Below are positions 33,525 to 45,999 of a stretch of 64,000 bases of DNA, in pieces. Below the pieces are notes generated by a model that saw nothing but the letters and a program-made list of their open reading frames with translations, was not told the origin of the DNA and did not search any database. Origin of the DNA: an uncultured cyanobacterium (lineage in GTDB: Bacteria; Cyanobacteriota; Cyanobacteriia; Cyanobacteriales; Cyanobacteriaceae). How positions within the stretch are numbered: position 1 is the stretch's first letter; the number at the start of each line of letters is the position of its first letter. Made by a program: the position numbers and the translations under genes. The DNA is taken from contig CAVVOP010000020.1 of the NCBI GenBank assembly GCA_963749915.1, positions 219,481 through 283,480 on the forward strand, read 5' to 3'.

Positions 33525-33884
33525 ATGGCCGGTTTCTTTGGTTTGTTTGGTAAAAAAAAGAATACTGTAGAAGATTCCTATTTCTTAAGTCCTGATGATG
33601 CGAAGACTTTTGGCGATATTGACTATATGCGTAAATCCAAAACTGTCAGAAGAACTTTTCCCAAAGTACAAGGTGGTAGCGGTGCAGAATTAATTAAAGA
33701 AGTTTCTTCTGAGAAAATGGCGGAGAAAAATCCCAATGAAATTCCCGCATATAAATCTTCTTCTTTTGCTTCCAGTAATTCTGAAGGCGAATCTGATTCT
33801 TCTTTCACTCCCAGTCAACAAAAGCGCAAGATTGACACTAGTATGGATATGTTTCGTAAAATGGCAAAACAAATTAAAAAATAA
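33525..33884 (+). CDS. Conserved cyanobacterial hypothetical protein
   Basis: AGGAGG RBS, TGnTATAAT upstream; MAGFFGLFG...DAKTFGDIDYMRK...MDMFRKMAK. Confidence 0.8.
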   Translation: MAGFFGLFGKKKNTVEDSYFLSPDDAKTFGDIDYMRKSKTVRRTFPKVQGGSGAELIKEVSSEKMAEKNPNEIPAYKSSSFASSNSEGESDSSFTPSQQKRKIDTSMDMFRKMAKQIKK

Positions 33885-34093
33885 TTTAGGTTTCGTTCTC
33901 TTAAACCAACCTTGTATCTTCTGGAGCGAAACATACTCTTTGAGGGGTATTTCCAGTTCCCGAACCTGAATGAAAATAATGGAGAATCATTGTGATAGGG
34001 GGATTTTTCTTTGCTACTTGAGTCAGCAAATGAATGTCCTCTCTCTAATTTCAGTTTGTCGGAACCTTTCGACAATTTCGACAATATTTCAGA

Positions 34094-34858
34094 TTACTTT
34101 CCTGTTAGTTTAACTACCCCAACACCCCCAAAATATAACGCCAAAACTGCACCACCGAGAAGAGATTGAGTAAGTGGGTCAGTGGAAGGAGTTAATACTG
34201 CACCTAAAATTGCCGCCCCTAAAACCACGATACGCCATCCTGAAAGCATTTGTTGAGAGGAAACTAAGTTTAATGTGCCTAACAGCAATTGAATAACGGG
34301 TATTTGAAAGGCTAATCCGGTGGAAAACATCAATAATAATACAAATTTGAAATATTTATCGATGGACCATAACTGTTCGACTACATCACCACCATAGTTG
34401 ATAAAAAAGTTTAAAGCCGCTGGGATTAATAGATAATAAGCAAAGGCTAAACCGACGAAAAAGAGAACACTGGATCCAAATACTACAGGTGCTAAGGTTT
34501 TTCTTTCTTTACGAGTCAATCCAGGTACAATAAACTGTACAATTTGATAGAGAATTACGGGAGCGGAAACTAAAATCCCCGTGTAGCCTGCAACTTGAAT
34601 GGATACAAAGAAAAATTCTCCCGGTGCTAATTGTAAAAACTTCACGTCACCTGCAGGAATTTCTAACCATGCCACAATCTGCCTGACAAAAAAGAAACAA
34701 GAAACGGCACCGACAGCCATGGCAATTAGACTGACAAAAGTACGTTGACGTAATTCCTCCAAATGATCAAAAAAAGACATTTCCCCTTGATTTGGTATCT
34801 CATCCCAGTAGTCTTGATTTTTTTCTTGAGGTTTTGTTTCTAATTCCTGAGTCGCCAT
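34094..34858 (-). CDS. tatC: Twin-arginine translocase subunit TatC
   Basis: [28 protein letters not shown]. Confidence 0.95.
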   Translation of the reverse strand: MATQELETKPQEKNQDYWDEIPNQGEMSFFDHLEELRQRTFVSLIAMAVGAVSCFFFVRQIVAWLEIPAGDVKFLQLAPGEFFFVSIQVAGYTGILVSAPVILYQIVQFIVPGLTRKERKTLAPVVFGSSVLFFVGLAFAYYLLIPAALNFFINYGGDVVEQLWSIDKYFKFVLLLMFSTGLAFQIPVIQLLLGTLNLVSSQQMLSGWRIVVLGAAILGAVLTPSTDPLTQSLLGGAVLALYFGGVGVVKLTGK

Positions 34859-35062
34859 TGAGTAAATAGTAAATAGTGAATAGTGAATAGTTGACAGTTT
34901 ACAATAAATACCCTAAATGTGGGATGGACATCGCCCACGTTAGCATCATTAATTAATCGTCTTCTCGTTTTCCCGTCCCCTCAAAAATAGGGTGGCAGGT
35001 TACAGCAACAATTGATTTTCTCTATCCATCATAGTTTATCAATGGCTAACCCACCCTACTAT

Positions 35063-36490
35063 CTAATTATCAAAATTATCGATAATTGCTTGAGCAAATT
35101 CTGAACATTTCAAAGGAGTTTCAACAGGAGGTGTCATCATCCTTGCTAAATCGTAGGTAACTTGTCGAGAAGCGATCGCCTTACTGATGCCATTACGAAT
35201 TAAATCCGCCGCCTCTTGCCATCCCATGTACTCTAACATCATAACACCAGAAAGAATCACAGATCCCGGATTAATACGATCAAGTCCTGCGTGTTTCGGT
35301 GCTGTCCCATGAGTCGCCTCAAAAATGGCACAACTATCCCCGATATTAGCACCTGGACCCATACCTAATCCACCAACAATTGCCGCCGCCGCATCAGATA
35401 AATAATCGCCGTTGAGGTTCATGGTTGCTAAAATAGAATATTCATCAGGACGAGTTTGAATTTGTTGGAATATACTATCAGCAATGCGATCGTTGACCAT
35501 TATTTTGTCCTGCCATTTACCGTTACCGTGAGTATCCCAGATGGTATCTAAAACCCCTTTAACTTCCTCACAGATTACCGCTTGTTTTTCAGGGGTTAAG
35601 GCATCGTATCCGGGTTCGATTTTACGGGCATTATCTTCAATGGAAATGTTGGCATTTGCCTCCTTATTGCCTAAAATCCATGATTCTCTTTCGGTAATGC
35701 ACATGTCCCGAAATTCTGAGGTAGCCACTTCATAACCCCAGTCGCGGAAAGCCCCTTCAGTATATTTCATGATATTACCTTTATGCACTAAAGTCACCAT
35801 TTGCTTATGCTTGGGCAAACGTAAAGCATTTTGAATGGCACGACGTACTAAACGCTGCGAACCTTTTTTACTAATGGGTTTAATGCCAATACCGGCATCG
35901 AGGGGGATTTGTTTGTTTTTGTGTTCAGGAGTAGCGGGAATTAACTCTTCATTGAGAATTTTAATCAATTTTTGTGCAATTTCTGAGCCTTCTTTCCACT
36001 CAATACCTAAATAAATATCTTCGGTATTTTCGCGATAAACGATAATATCTAATTTTTCTGGGGTTTTGTGGGGGGATGGTGTACCTTGATAGTAACGACA
36101 GGGACGCACACAACAATAAAGATCGAAAATCTGTCTTAAAGCCACATTCAACGAACGAATACCACCACCTACAGGAGTAGTTAAAGGACCTTTAATAGCG
36201 ATGCCATATTCTCTGATAGCCGTTAAAGTGTCTTCAGGCAAATATTGATAAGTGCCGTATTTTTCACAAGCCTCGTCTCCTGCATAAACCTTAAACCAGT
36301 TAATTTTCCTTTTACCGCCATAAGCCTTTTTTACTGCGGCGTTGATGACTTTCTCAGAAGCTGGCCAAATATCGACCCCTGTACCATCGCCACGAATGAA
36401 GGGAATAATGGGATCATCAGGTACAATAGGCAAACCATTTTTGAATTTAATCTTACTTCCAACTTCTGGCGGTGTCAATTTTGCAAACAT
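35063..36490 (-). CDS. icd: NADP-dependent isocitrate dehydrogenase (start taken at MFAKLTPP, 475 aa)
   Basis: [45 protein letters not shown]. Confidence 0.95.
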   Translation of the reverse strand: MFAKLTPPEVGSKIKFKNGLPIVPDDPIIPFIRGDGTGVDIWPASEKVINAAVKKAYGGKRKINWFKVYAGDEACEKYGTYQYLPEDTLTAIREYGIAIKGPLTTPVGGGIRSLNVALRQIFDLYCCVRPCRYYQGTPSPHKTPEKLDIIVYRENTEDIYLGIEWKEGSEIAQKLIKILNEELIPATPEHKNKQIPLDAGIGIKPISKKGSQRLVRRAIQNALRLPKHKQMVTLVHKGNIMKYTEGAFRDWGYEVATSEFRDMCITERESWILGNKEANANISIEDNARKIEPGYDALTPEKQAVICEEVKGVLDTIWDTHGNGKWQDKIMVNDRIADSIFQQIQTRPDEYSILATMNLNGDYLSDAAAAIVGGLGMGPGANIGDSCAIFEATHGTAPKHAGLDRINPGSVILSGVMMLEYMGWQEAADLIRNGISKAIASRQVTYDLARMMTPPVETPLKCSEFAQAIIDNFDN

Positions 36491-36577
36491 ATTAATTTTT
36501 TGGTTAGATTTTTTCTTCTTTAGAATAATATTATGATAAATAACAATGAACAGTGAACAGTGAACAGTAATAATTAG

Positions 36578-37108
36578 GTGTTGGTGAATCAAAGAATGAA
36601 ATTATTAACTAATGCTCATTTTCCTGAAACGGTCTTTGTTGCTGAAAATGCTGTCGTTATGGGTGATGTTACTCTCAAAGAAGGGTCAAGTATTTGGTAT
36701 TCTGCGGTAGTGAGAGCAGATGTAGAAAAAATCGAGATCGGGGCTTATACTAATGTTCAAGATGGTGCTGTTTTACACGGAGATCCGGGTCAAGTTACTA
36801 TATTAGAAGATTATGTAACCATAGGACATCGAGCAGTAATTCACTCAGCACACATCAAAAAAGGTTGTTTAATCGGTATTGGTGCGATCGTGCTAAATGG
36901 TGTTACAGTGGAAGAAGGTTCAATTATTGGTGCTGGTTGTGTTGTAACTAAAGATGTTCCCCCTCGATCGTTAATGATCGGTATTCCTGCCCGTAAAATC
37001 AGAGATATTGGCGATGAAGAAGCGGAGGATTTAATTCAACATGCCCTTAAATATTATCGGTTAGCGTTATATCATCAAGGAAAAAGTAGTGATATAGGAT
37101 TTGCCTAA
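36578..37108 (+). CDS. Gamma carbonic anhydrase family protein
   Basis: Hexapeptide repeats, [18 protein letters not shown]. Confidence 0.9.
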   Translation: MLVNQRMKLLTNAHFPETVFVAENAVVMGDVTLKEGSSIWYSAVVRADVEKIEIGAYTNVQDGAVLHGDPGQVTILEDYVTIGHRAVIHSAHIKKGCLIGIGAIVLNGVTVEEGSIIGAGCVVTKDVPPRSLMIGIPARKIRDIGDEEAEDLIQHALKYYRLALYHQGKSSDIGFA

Positions 37109-37202
37109 TAGACATCTTCAAAAATTTAGTTTGTTCATAAGAAAAAAGATTCAGATAACAAGAATAATGAGGTAAGCTAAGAGGTAATGCTTCTAAGAGA
37201 GT

Positions 37203-40200
37203 GTGTTTGATATGATTGATACTTCCAATTATTCTTTTTCGCAAAATCCAGAGGAAAACGAGACAGAATCCCAAGATTTAGAGAGGAGATATTATTTCTG
37301 GCGATGGTTTATTTATCTTTCTTTATTATTTTTGGGAGGAGGGTTAAGTTATGGTTGGTATTTTTTGACTCAAAAGTTAATTCCCCTCATGGAAAAACCT
37401 GTGAGTAATTATATTTCTCGTCCCGTAAAATTAGGTAAGATAGAAGCACTTTCTTTGACGAGAATTAGGTTGGGAGAAACTCGCATTGACACTATCGAAG
37501 GGGAAAATGATTCCCTGATAGCTGAAGGGATAGAAATTAGTTTTAACCCTTTACAGTTATTAGCAAAGAAGATTGATTTAGGAATTACAGTTGTTAATAG
37601 CGATGTTTATTTGCAACAGAATAATGATGATACTTGGATCAATTTAAACTTAAAAACTGGGGTAAAAAAAATATTATTTTGGTCTTTTAATGTCGATAAT
37701 ATTCAAGTTAAAAATAGTAATTTAATCATCAAAAAAAAATATCAGAGCGAAGATTCAATCCCTTTTTTTACCGAATTAGAAATTTCTTCTGCTAATATTT
37801 TATTCCAACAATATCAATCTTTATTTGAAGTTAAAGGCAACTTTATTCAAGGGGGAGATATTCAAGTTAGTGGTTTACATCGAATTAATGATAATCAATA
37901 TTTATTAAGGATTAATAGTGAAGATTTAGCTGTTAATACTTTTAATAATTTAATCACTCTTCCCGTGGATATCAATTCAGGAAAAGTCAAGGGAAATGTG
38001 GCTTTACAATTTTCTAATGACATTTTAAAGGATATTCAAGGAGAAGTTAGCTTTAATCGGGTTAATGTTAATTTACCTGATCTACCTTATGAGTTGAAGG
38101 GGAGTCAAGGAAAACTTAAATTTAATAATCAAAAAATAAAGTTAGAAAATATTAACACTAATTTAGGTGTAATCAATACTCAAGTTAATGGATTTATCGA
38201 CAAGAATTATCAGTTAAATATTCAGGCTAATACCACCGAGTCTGTTGAGATAAAAAATGTACTTTCTTCTTTTAAATTAGATTCTCATAATTTAATCACA
38301 AAGGGAAAAGTTGCAGGAAAAATTAATATTATCGGTGATATTCACAACCCGAAAATTGCGGCAGATATCGTTAATATGGGAGTGACAGAAGTTGATAAAA
38401 TTCCTTTTGATGAAGTTACCGCCAGTTTAGAGATTTATAACCATCGATTAAATATCAATAATCTCAACTTACTACCGACATTAGGGGGAGAAATTTCCGC
38501 AACGGGAAAAATAAATTTATCAAAGCAAAAAGATGATAGTTTTACTATTCATTGGCAGGCAAAAAATATTGACGGGGAAAAGCTAGCCTCCCTTTATCAA
38601 CAAGAATTACCTATTAATGTCGGTTTAATTTCTGGCAAATATAACTTATCGGGAAACTGGCAACGATTTGATCAAGCTAGGTTAACAGGTTTTTCTACGC
38701 TGGAGTTAGCAGGAGGAAAGGCTAGTATCGGTAATTTGGAGATTAATCATGACACATGGCGAGGAGATGTAAGATTATCTGGGGTAAAATTAAGGGAGTT
38801 ACCGAGTATTGATTGCGAAAAAATTGGTTGTCATAACTCGTTATTAAATGGAGAATTTCAGGTATCAGGTAATAATAATCAGAAGATTGATGCAACTAAC
38901 CTTGATTTATTGGGAAATTTCGAGTTTAATTTTGGTGGCGGAAAAGTTAATTTAGCCAACACAAAAGTTAGTCAAGGTAATTGGCAAACATTGATAACCG
39001 CAGATAATCTTCTTCTTTCCGAATTGCCATCGGTTAACTTAACTTCGTTGCCGATTCACGGAGAAAAAGTTAGTGCCAATTTGGACGTTAAGGGTAATTT
39101 AACTAATAATGATGAAATTAAAATTCGCGGAAAAGGAAAACTAGATTTACCCGGAGGAAGGATAAACATTGATAACTTTACTTTAGCCGAAGATAATTTT
39201 ATCGCCGAGACAAATACCGTCAATTTTCCTCTCGATGCCATGGTAGATAATTTGCGGGGAGATGTTAGCGGGAAGTTAACCGCAAGAGGAAATATTGATC
39301 ATCTCACTCCAGAAAATATTAACCTCGATGGCGACTTAGTTTTCAGCCAAGGAATTAGTTTGATTAATCAACCAATTTCGGCGAATTTTTCTTGGAATGG
39401 GAAAAACTTAAGGTTAAATAAAGCCAAAGCCTTTAATGATGGTCTTCAGGCAAAAGGAATTATTAATTATGATATAAAAACTGAGACAGTAAAAGATATT
39501 GACTTAGACATTATCGGCAAGGGAATCGATTTACGAGAATTATCGTTACCTTCTTCTCTCGACTTACTTAACTATCAGGGAAAAGTTGACTTTCAAGGCA
39601 ATCTCCAAGGAGATTTTTCCCAACCACAATTAAAAGCTAATGTCACCGTTAATAATTTTCAACTGGTTAACCTAGCTTTTTCTCCCTTGCAAGGTAATTT
39701 AACTGCTTCTGTCAACAGAGGTTTAAACTTACAACTCAATTCAGCCAACAAAGCCGAAAAATTTGATTTACAATTGGATAAACAAAAACAACCGCAATTA
39801 ATAGACTTACAAATTCAAGATACTAGAGTTCAGGCAATCAAAAATAATGAAACTTTAGCTATCAATGCCATTAATGTTCCCTTAGAGAAGGTAACAAAAA
39901 CATGGTTAAGCTATCTTCCTACTGATGTCAAAAAAATTGGCGGTCATCTTTCGGGAGATGTAAACCTCAATTTGAGTAATTATGATTTTACGGCAGCGAA
40001 TATCACTATCAAAAAACCAATCGTTAATAATTTACAAGGAGATTATCTCACCACCCGGCTTTCTGGGGAAAAAGGTGTTATTAAAATTGAAGGCGGAAAA
40101 TTGAATCATCAAGGAAACGAATATCTTTTCGCCGGGGAATTACAACCTTTTAAAGAGAATCCCCAACTCAAGGGTAAAGTAGAAATCAAAGAAGGGGATA

Positions 40201-43200
40201 TACAAAATCTTTTAAGTAGTTGGCAAATTTTCGAATTAGGGGATATATCGGCAGGATTCCAACCCCGTAAATATGGTAATGCTAAGGATTTATATGACGA
40301 AAAAACCATCTCTTCTCCTTCCTTAACTAATGGCGAGGAAAAAACTATCTCTTCTTCTTCCTTAACTAATGGCGAGGAAAAAACTATCTCTTCTTCTTCC
40401 TTAACTAATGGCGAGGAAAAAACTATCTCTTCTTCTTCCTTAACTAATGGCGAGGAAAAAACCATCTCTTCTCCTTCCTTAACTAATAGTCAGGAAAAAA
40501 CCATCTCTTCTTCTTCCTTAACTAATGGCGAGGAAAAAACCATCTCTTCTCCTTCCTTAACTAATGGTCGAGGAAAAAACCATCTCTTCTTCTTCCTTAA
40601 CTAATAGTCAGGAAAAAACCATCTCTTCTCCTTCCTTAACTAATAGTCAGGAAAAAACCATCTCTTCTCCTTCCTTAACTAATGGCGAGGAAAAAACCAT
40701 CTCTTCTTCTTCCTTAACTAATGGCGAGGAAAAAACCATCTCTTCTCCTTCCTTAACTAATAGTCAGGAAAAAACCATCTCTTCTCCTTCCTTAACTAAT
40801 GGCGAGGAAAAAACCATCTCTTCTCCTTCCTTAACTAATGGCGAGGAAAAAACCATCTCTTCTTCTTCCTTAACTAATGGCGAGGAAAAAACCATCTCTT
40901 CTCCTTCCTTAACTAATAGTCAGGAAAAAACCATCTCTTCTCCTTCCTTAACTAATAGTCAGGAAAAAACCATCTCTTCTCCTTCCTTAACTAATGGCGA
41001 GGAAAAAACCATCTCTTCTCCTTCCTTAACTAATGGCGAGGAAAAAACCATCTCTTCTCCTTCCTTAACTAATGGCGAGGAAAAAACCATCTCTTCTCCT
41101 TCCTTAACTAATGGCGAGGAAAAAACCATCTCTTCTTCTTCCTTAACTAATAGTCAGGAAAAAACTATCTCTTCTTCTTCCTTAACTAATGGCGAGGAAA
41201 AAACTATCTCTTCTCCTTCCTTAACTAATGGCGAGGAAAAAACCATCTCTTCTCCTTCCTTAACTAATAGTCAGGAAAAAACCATCTCTTCTCCTTCCTT
41301 AACTAATAGTCAGGAAAAAACCATCTCTTCTTCTTCCTTAACTAATAGTCAATCAAAACCTTTAGCTTCTATTCAAGGAGATGATGATTCTTTATTGGAT
41401 ACCTTAGCTTTTTTCCGCAACATTGATGCACAATTGAGGGAAAGAGAAGTTAATCGCCGGAATGCCAGTTTACCAGGTTTAGAATATTTGCAAGGAAAAT
41501 TAAGGGGTAGTATCGATGTTAATGTTTCCCTTCAAGAAGGCATAAAAGCTGAGTTTGACTTTCGGGGAAATAATTGGCGGTGGGGAAAATATCACGGCGA
41601 CTCCTTACAGGCTACAGGAAGTTATGATAGTGGTTTATTAACTTTATTGCCTGTCAAAATACAAAGTGATAATAGCATTTTGTCTTTAACGGGTACTTTT
41701 CAATCAGAAAGAATTTCTGGAGAGGTGAAGTTGTCTGATTTTTCTATTTCTCAACTTAAGCAGATAGCAAATTTACCTGACATTTTAGATATTGATGGAG
41801 TAATTAATGCCAATATTGCCATTAGTGGTACTGAAGAAAGACCTTTGGCAAAGGGGAATATTGAGGTTAATAACTCTAGTATTAATGGTACTAAAATTGA
41901 TAAAACTGTAGCTAGCTTTGGCTTTAGAAACTCTAGACTTGATTTTTTAGCTAATAGTAATTTAATGAAAAATACCCAACCTTTAACTTTAATTGGTAGT
42001 TTACCTTTTCAATTATTTCCTAATTCTGTTTTACCTGATAATAACAATTTTCTTGTTAGTGTTAATTTAACGGAAGATGGTTTTGGCTTATTAGATATTA
42101 TTAGTAATAATCAACTTAATTGGCTTGATGGAAAGGGAGATATTAATTTAGATGTTAAGGGAAAATATTATCAAGTTAGAAATCAAATCACTGATATTGA
42201 TACCCAAGGAATTGCTATTTTCAAAAATGGAGTAGTTGGGGGCAAAATTCTCGCTGATAATCCTATTACTAATATTAATGGTCAAGTATTTTTTGATTTC
42301 GATCAATTAACTATTCCTAATTTAACGGGGAATTTTAGTGGCGGCAATATTACCATTGCTGGTGGTTTACCTTTAGTTAACAATCGTTTTTCTACTGATT
42401 CCTTAAATATTAGTATCGATGATTTAGCTTTGAATGTTAATAGTTTGTATCAAGGTAATGCCCGGGGTTTTATTCGCATTTCTAGTAGTGCGATCGCTCC
42501 TGAAATTGGTGGTAAAATTAAGTTATACAATGGAGAAATTAAAGTAGGCGAAAACGTAGATAATAATAATGATAATTTCAACAAAAAGACTTTATTCAAT
42601 ACAAATTTCAATGATTTACAACTAATTTTTGATCAAAATATTACTATCAATCAACCACCATTATTAAATTTAAAAGCAGAGGGAAGTCTTGATATAAATG
42701 GAGAATTAAGTAACTTAAAACCAGAAGGAATTATTAGATTAAAAGGTGGTACTTTAAATCTGTTTACCAGTCAATTAAAATTAGTAAAAAATTATAATAA
42801 TATCGCTAAATTTACCCACGAAAATGGCTTTAATCCCTACCTAGACATAGAGTTAGAAGGTTCTGTTATAGAAACAATAAGATATCAAATCACAGACAAT
42901 TACAACCCTAATGAAATTCGAGATATAAATAATTCATCTTTAAATAAGGCTCAACCCATTAGAATAAAAGCTAATGTAAAAGGTTGGAGTAATAGCCTAA
43001 ATAATAATATACAATTCAGTAGTAGTCCTCAAAGAAATCAAACCGAAATTATTGCTCTTCTAGGAGGAGGATTTTTAAATAATTTTGGGGAAGGAGATAG
43101 TAATTTAGGACTAGCAAATTTGGCTAGTGCAGCCTTTTTAGGTAGTGTACAAGGTCAGTTACAAAAAGAGTTTGGATTTGATCAATTAAGACTATTTCCG

Positions 43201-43428
43201 ACTCAAATACTTAATAGTGAAAATCGTACATCTAGTTTTGCTTTAGGTGCAGAATTAGGTTTAGATATAACAGATAATTTTTCTATTTCCATTACTAAAA
43301 TCTTAACTAATGAACAAGCACCTCAATATAGCATAAGATATCGTCTTAATGATCAAACTATTTTAAGGGGTTCAAGTGACTTTGAACAAGACAGTCGAGG
43401 AGTAATAGAATTTGAACATCGTTTTTAG
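37203..43428 (+). CDS. tamB: TamB/DUF490 translocation-assembly protein, split into two ORFs by a 1-bp insertion at 40568
   Basis: N-terminal TM anchor, long beta-rich body, C-terminal ...QYSIRYRLND...GVIEFEHRF; frameshift lies inside the tandem array. Confidence 0.85.
40299..41352 (+). repeat. Coding tandem array, 27 x 39 bp, encoding EKTISS(P/S)SLTN(GE/SQ)
   Basis: Unit GAAAAAACCATCTCTTCT(C/T)CTTCCTTAACTAAT(GGCGAG/AGTCAG); 1054 bp = 27x39+1. Confidence 0.95.
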
Positions 43429-43543
43429 CAATTATAGCAGTGAGCAATATCTATATCTATATAGCAATGGTTTCAACATTTCAGAAAATAAAGCCTTTTA
43501 ATTAATGAAAATCATCATCACAAAAATGAGAGAAAAATGAGAG

Positions 43544-43672
43544 AAAGTAAAGAAATGTAACAAAATCTCAAAGGAGGCCAAAAATAACACTGAAAATCAA
43601 TCATTTTAAGCCTCAGAGATAATTTTTTACCATAACTTTTACTCATTGAAAGTAAAGAAATATTACAAAATC
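43544..43672. promoter_or_regulatory. Two HLR1-like (RpaB-type) sites 105 bp apart
   Basis: AAAGTAAAGAAATGTAACAAAATC (43544) and AAAGTAAAGAAATATTACAAAATC (43649); reverse complement of the first is GTTACATT-TC-TTTACTTT. Confidence 0.55.
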
Positions 43673-43730
43673 CCTCAATTCCGTTTTATGTTCCTTATAC
43701 TGGGGATATGGAAACGCAGTTAGTTATTTT

Positions 43731-43794
43731 TACTGAAGTTTACAAGAACTTTATGTTGTTTCTACTGAAGTTTGCAAGAACTTTATATTGTTGT
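43731..43794 (+). repeat. 32-bp tandem duplication in a 5' leader
   Basis: TACTGAAGTTT(A/G)CAAGAACTTTAT(G/A)TTGTT x2. Confidence 0.85.
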
Positions 43795-43825
43795 CGTTAA
43801 AATCTTTTAGGGAGTATCAAAAGCA

Positions 43826-44203
43826 ATGCAAGTATCTGATCAAAAGAGTTGGCGCAGTGGTTATTTATTGGCTATGTCGAAAAGTTTTCTTATCTGGGCA
43901 TTCACTTTGACCGTATGCTTTTTGGTAGTGGGTTTTCCCTTAGTGGTCATTATCATGACAGTGGGGGTATTAGCCGCAGTGGTTTTACAATCTATTCTCC
44001 CTGCTAGCGCTATTTTGTTAGTATCTAGTAGTATTTTGGGTATAACCACGGTTGTCATTATGTTTAGTTCTGTCTTATTAACTATCAAAGGTGTTCGACC
44101 CGATGAAGTAGAATGGTTAGGGTGGTTACATGATAAAGAAACTATGAAACAGAGTTCTGTTTATGCATCTTGTCCTCTGACCTGTGGTATTCATCGGGTC
44201 TGA
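43826..44203 (+). CDS. Hypothetical membrane protein with C-terminal CPLTC
   Basis: GGGAG RBS, hydrophobic core, YASCPLTC. Confidence 0.8.
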   Translation: MQVSDQKSWRSGYLLAMSKSFLIWAFTLTVCFLVVGFPLVVIIMTVGVLAAVVLQSILPASAILLVSSSILGITTVVIMFSSVLLTIKGVRPDEVEWLGWLHDKETMKQSSVYASCPLTCGIHRV

Positions 44204-44243
44204 AGTATCCGCACTCGAAAATATATATATATAATGAACTGAA

Positions 44244-44286
44244 CACTGAACTGGCGTTTATCGTACCCGTTTCAGTGATTTTTTTT
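44244..44286 (+). terminator. Putative intrinsic terminator between the hypothetical gene and the convergent tRNA
   Basis: CACTGAA ... TTCAGTG stem followed by A-T8. Confidence 0.55.
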
Positions 44287-44301
44287 GCATTACCCCAACG
44301 A

Positions 44302-44374
44302 TGGAGCTAACCGGACTCGAACCGGTGACCCCTGCAATGCCATTGCAGTGCTCTACCAACTGAGCTATAACCCC
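44302..44374 (-). tRNA. tRNA-Ala (GGC)
   Basis: GGGGTTATAGCTCAGTTGGTAGAGCACTGCAATGGCATTGCAGGGGTCACCGGTTCGAGTCCGGTTAGCTCCA folds as a cloverleaf, anticodon GGC. Confidence 0.96.
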
Positions 44375-44402
44375 TTAAACAGTTTTTTTGTCCGCGGGTA
44401 CA

Positions 44403-44431
44403 ATTATAATAGGTTTTCACACAAAAATCAA
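44403..44431 (-). promoter_or_regulatory. Sigma70-type promoter of tRNA-Ala
   Basis: TTGATT-N17-TATAAT on the minus strand. Confidence 0.75.
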
Positions 44432-44762
44432 CAATTTTCTGATTCTGCTTCACAATCATTCAATTTAGCTATAAAGGCAGCTTCATAACGTCTACTGCTT
44501 GAACAATTTTGAAATTAGGGGTTGTGGTAGCAGGGGAGAAGGGCGGCTGACAAGGGTAGGTTTTTTACAAAGGTGATCGGTGAAGGTGAGACAAGGGAGG
44601 CAAGGAAGGAAAGTAGACAAGGAAGAGGAAAATCTCACAGCTCAAGAAGTATTGACAGCAAAAGATGATTCTGGAAATAAACCATTGAGCGAAATACCCT
44701 TACCGCAAAGTAAATCAGCAATAATTGTTAATAGTCCTTGTAGAAAACAAGAAATAGTTCGA

Positions 44763-45130
44763 CTAGCTTTCGGTCGGACAGATAACTTTCCCTGTGGCTA
44801 CCTCAAAATTAGCAATTAACCCTTGAGTTCCATGACGCTCATATTCAAATTCTATTGCCTCGGGTTTGTTAGGTTCCATGGGAAGAGTCGGATTAATTCT
44901 TTCTAATGCCTGAATACCTGTTTTTTCATCTGTACTCACCAGATGGACTCCTTGGGAGTGTAGTTCTTGGGCTTGATGATACAACTTACACACTGTTCTG
45001 ACTTCTTGTCTAAATTCTTGTTCATCTTTCTCCATAGTCCTATGGTATCTTCACATAACCCTAACTCTTGGCTTATTCTTTTGTTGTTCAATCCTGATGC
45101 TGCCTTATTGATTTTAGCGATGAACTCGGT
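44763..45130 (-). pseudogene. IS630-family transposase remnant, internally deleted
   Basis: STDEKTGIQALER...EFEYERHGT catalytic-region fragment; upstream in another frame SGLNNKRISQELGLCEDTIGLWR (HTH). Confidence 0.85.
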
Positions 45131-45480
45131 AGATATATACCGACATTTGACGGCAAATTTGAGCCAAACTTGAGTTTCTGCTGCTTCTGCTTCACTGTCA
45201 TTAGCTGTTATTTAGTTACTCGGTCAAAATGCGATACCCTGCCTTTAAGTGTTTAGTTAAGCAATGTAAGCAACTACAAAATAAGATAGCGGAAAATACT
45301 GAGTCTTTTTTTTGACAAAGGGGCAATATATATATATAGATAAAAAAATAAACTAATTAAGGAAAAATATCTATTATGGCTGTCGAATTACAAAATTTTA
45401 TTTGGAAAGAAAAACGTTTAGTTCAAGTACACACTAGATCATTTTATAATACTAGTGTATTACCCAAAATTCCTTAAACT

Positions 45481-45786
45481 TTGAAAAGAATAATGATAAC
45501 TCTAATTCAAATCCGTAACCAAAACCAAAAATCTTTTAATCCTTGGCAACTTCTTCAACAATGGCTTGATGGTTTAGAAATAAAAGAGGAACAAACCGCA
45601 CGACGCATTGTTAAATTGATTCCCGCTCAATGTCCTTTTGAACGTGAAATACAAATATTTGGTAAAGTCATTTTTCGCATTCCTGCTTTATGTAAATTCA
45701 ATCCTTTATACGAGCAATTGGTAGGACTACGGTTCCGAGCACTTTGCTTTCTTGTTGACTCTTGTGGCGAAGATATTACACTTTAA
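45481..45786 (+). CDS. Mo-dependent nitrogenase C-terminal-domain family protein (function unknown)
   Basis: LIPAQCPFER...IPALCKFNPLYEQLVGLRFRALCFL. Confidence 0.85.
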   Translation: MKRIMITLIQIRNQNQKSFNPWQLLQQWLDGLEIKEEQTARRIVKLIPAQCPFEREIQIFGKVIFRIPALCKFNPLYEQLVGLRFRALCFLVDSCGEDITL

Positions 45787-45999
45787 CCCCTGATATTTTC
45801 TTGCCAACTAATGGCGGAAACTAAATATCAGAAAACGGTTTGGAAGGTTCGGAGATAATTTGAGATATTTTGAGCTAAATTTAGTTAACCTACCAAGTCG
45901 TGACCAGAATTTACTTTAGCTGTGTAATGTCAGTTAATAAGAGAGAGAAGTAAATAAATGTTAAGAGATTACAGACGGCTAATCCCTAACCCACAACGA

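Noticed and set aside
36491..36592. N-terminal extension of Icd given by the ORF track (509 aa)
   Set aside because: Runs through heptamer repeats and overlaps the divergent gene; the real start is probably 36490.
40299..41352. CRISPR array
   Set aside because: Units are contiguous with no unique spacers, are a multiple of 3 and in frame within tamB; no cas genes in the window.
44580..44819. 79-aa plus-strand ORF
   Set aside because: Built from repeat-like purine-rich sequence and antisense IS630 DNA; no family resemblance.
44302..45240. tRNA-anchored integrative element
   Set aside because: The IS630 debris is upstream of the tRNA; I saw no duplicated tRNA 3' end or integrase.
45481..45786. 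Evidence for nitrogen fixation
   Set aside because: This domain family occurs widely in non-diazotrophic cyanobacteria; no nif genes here.
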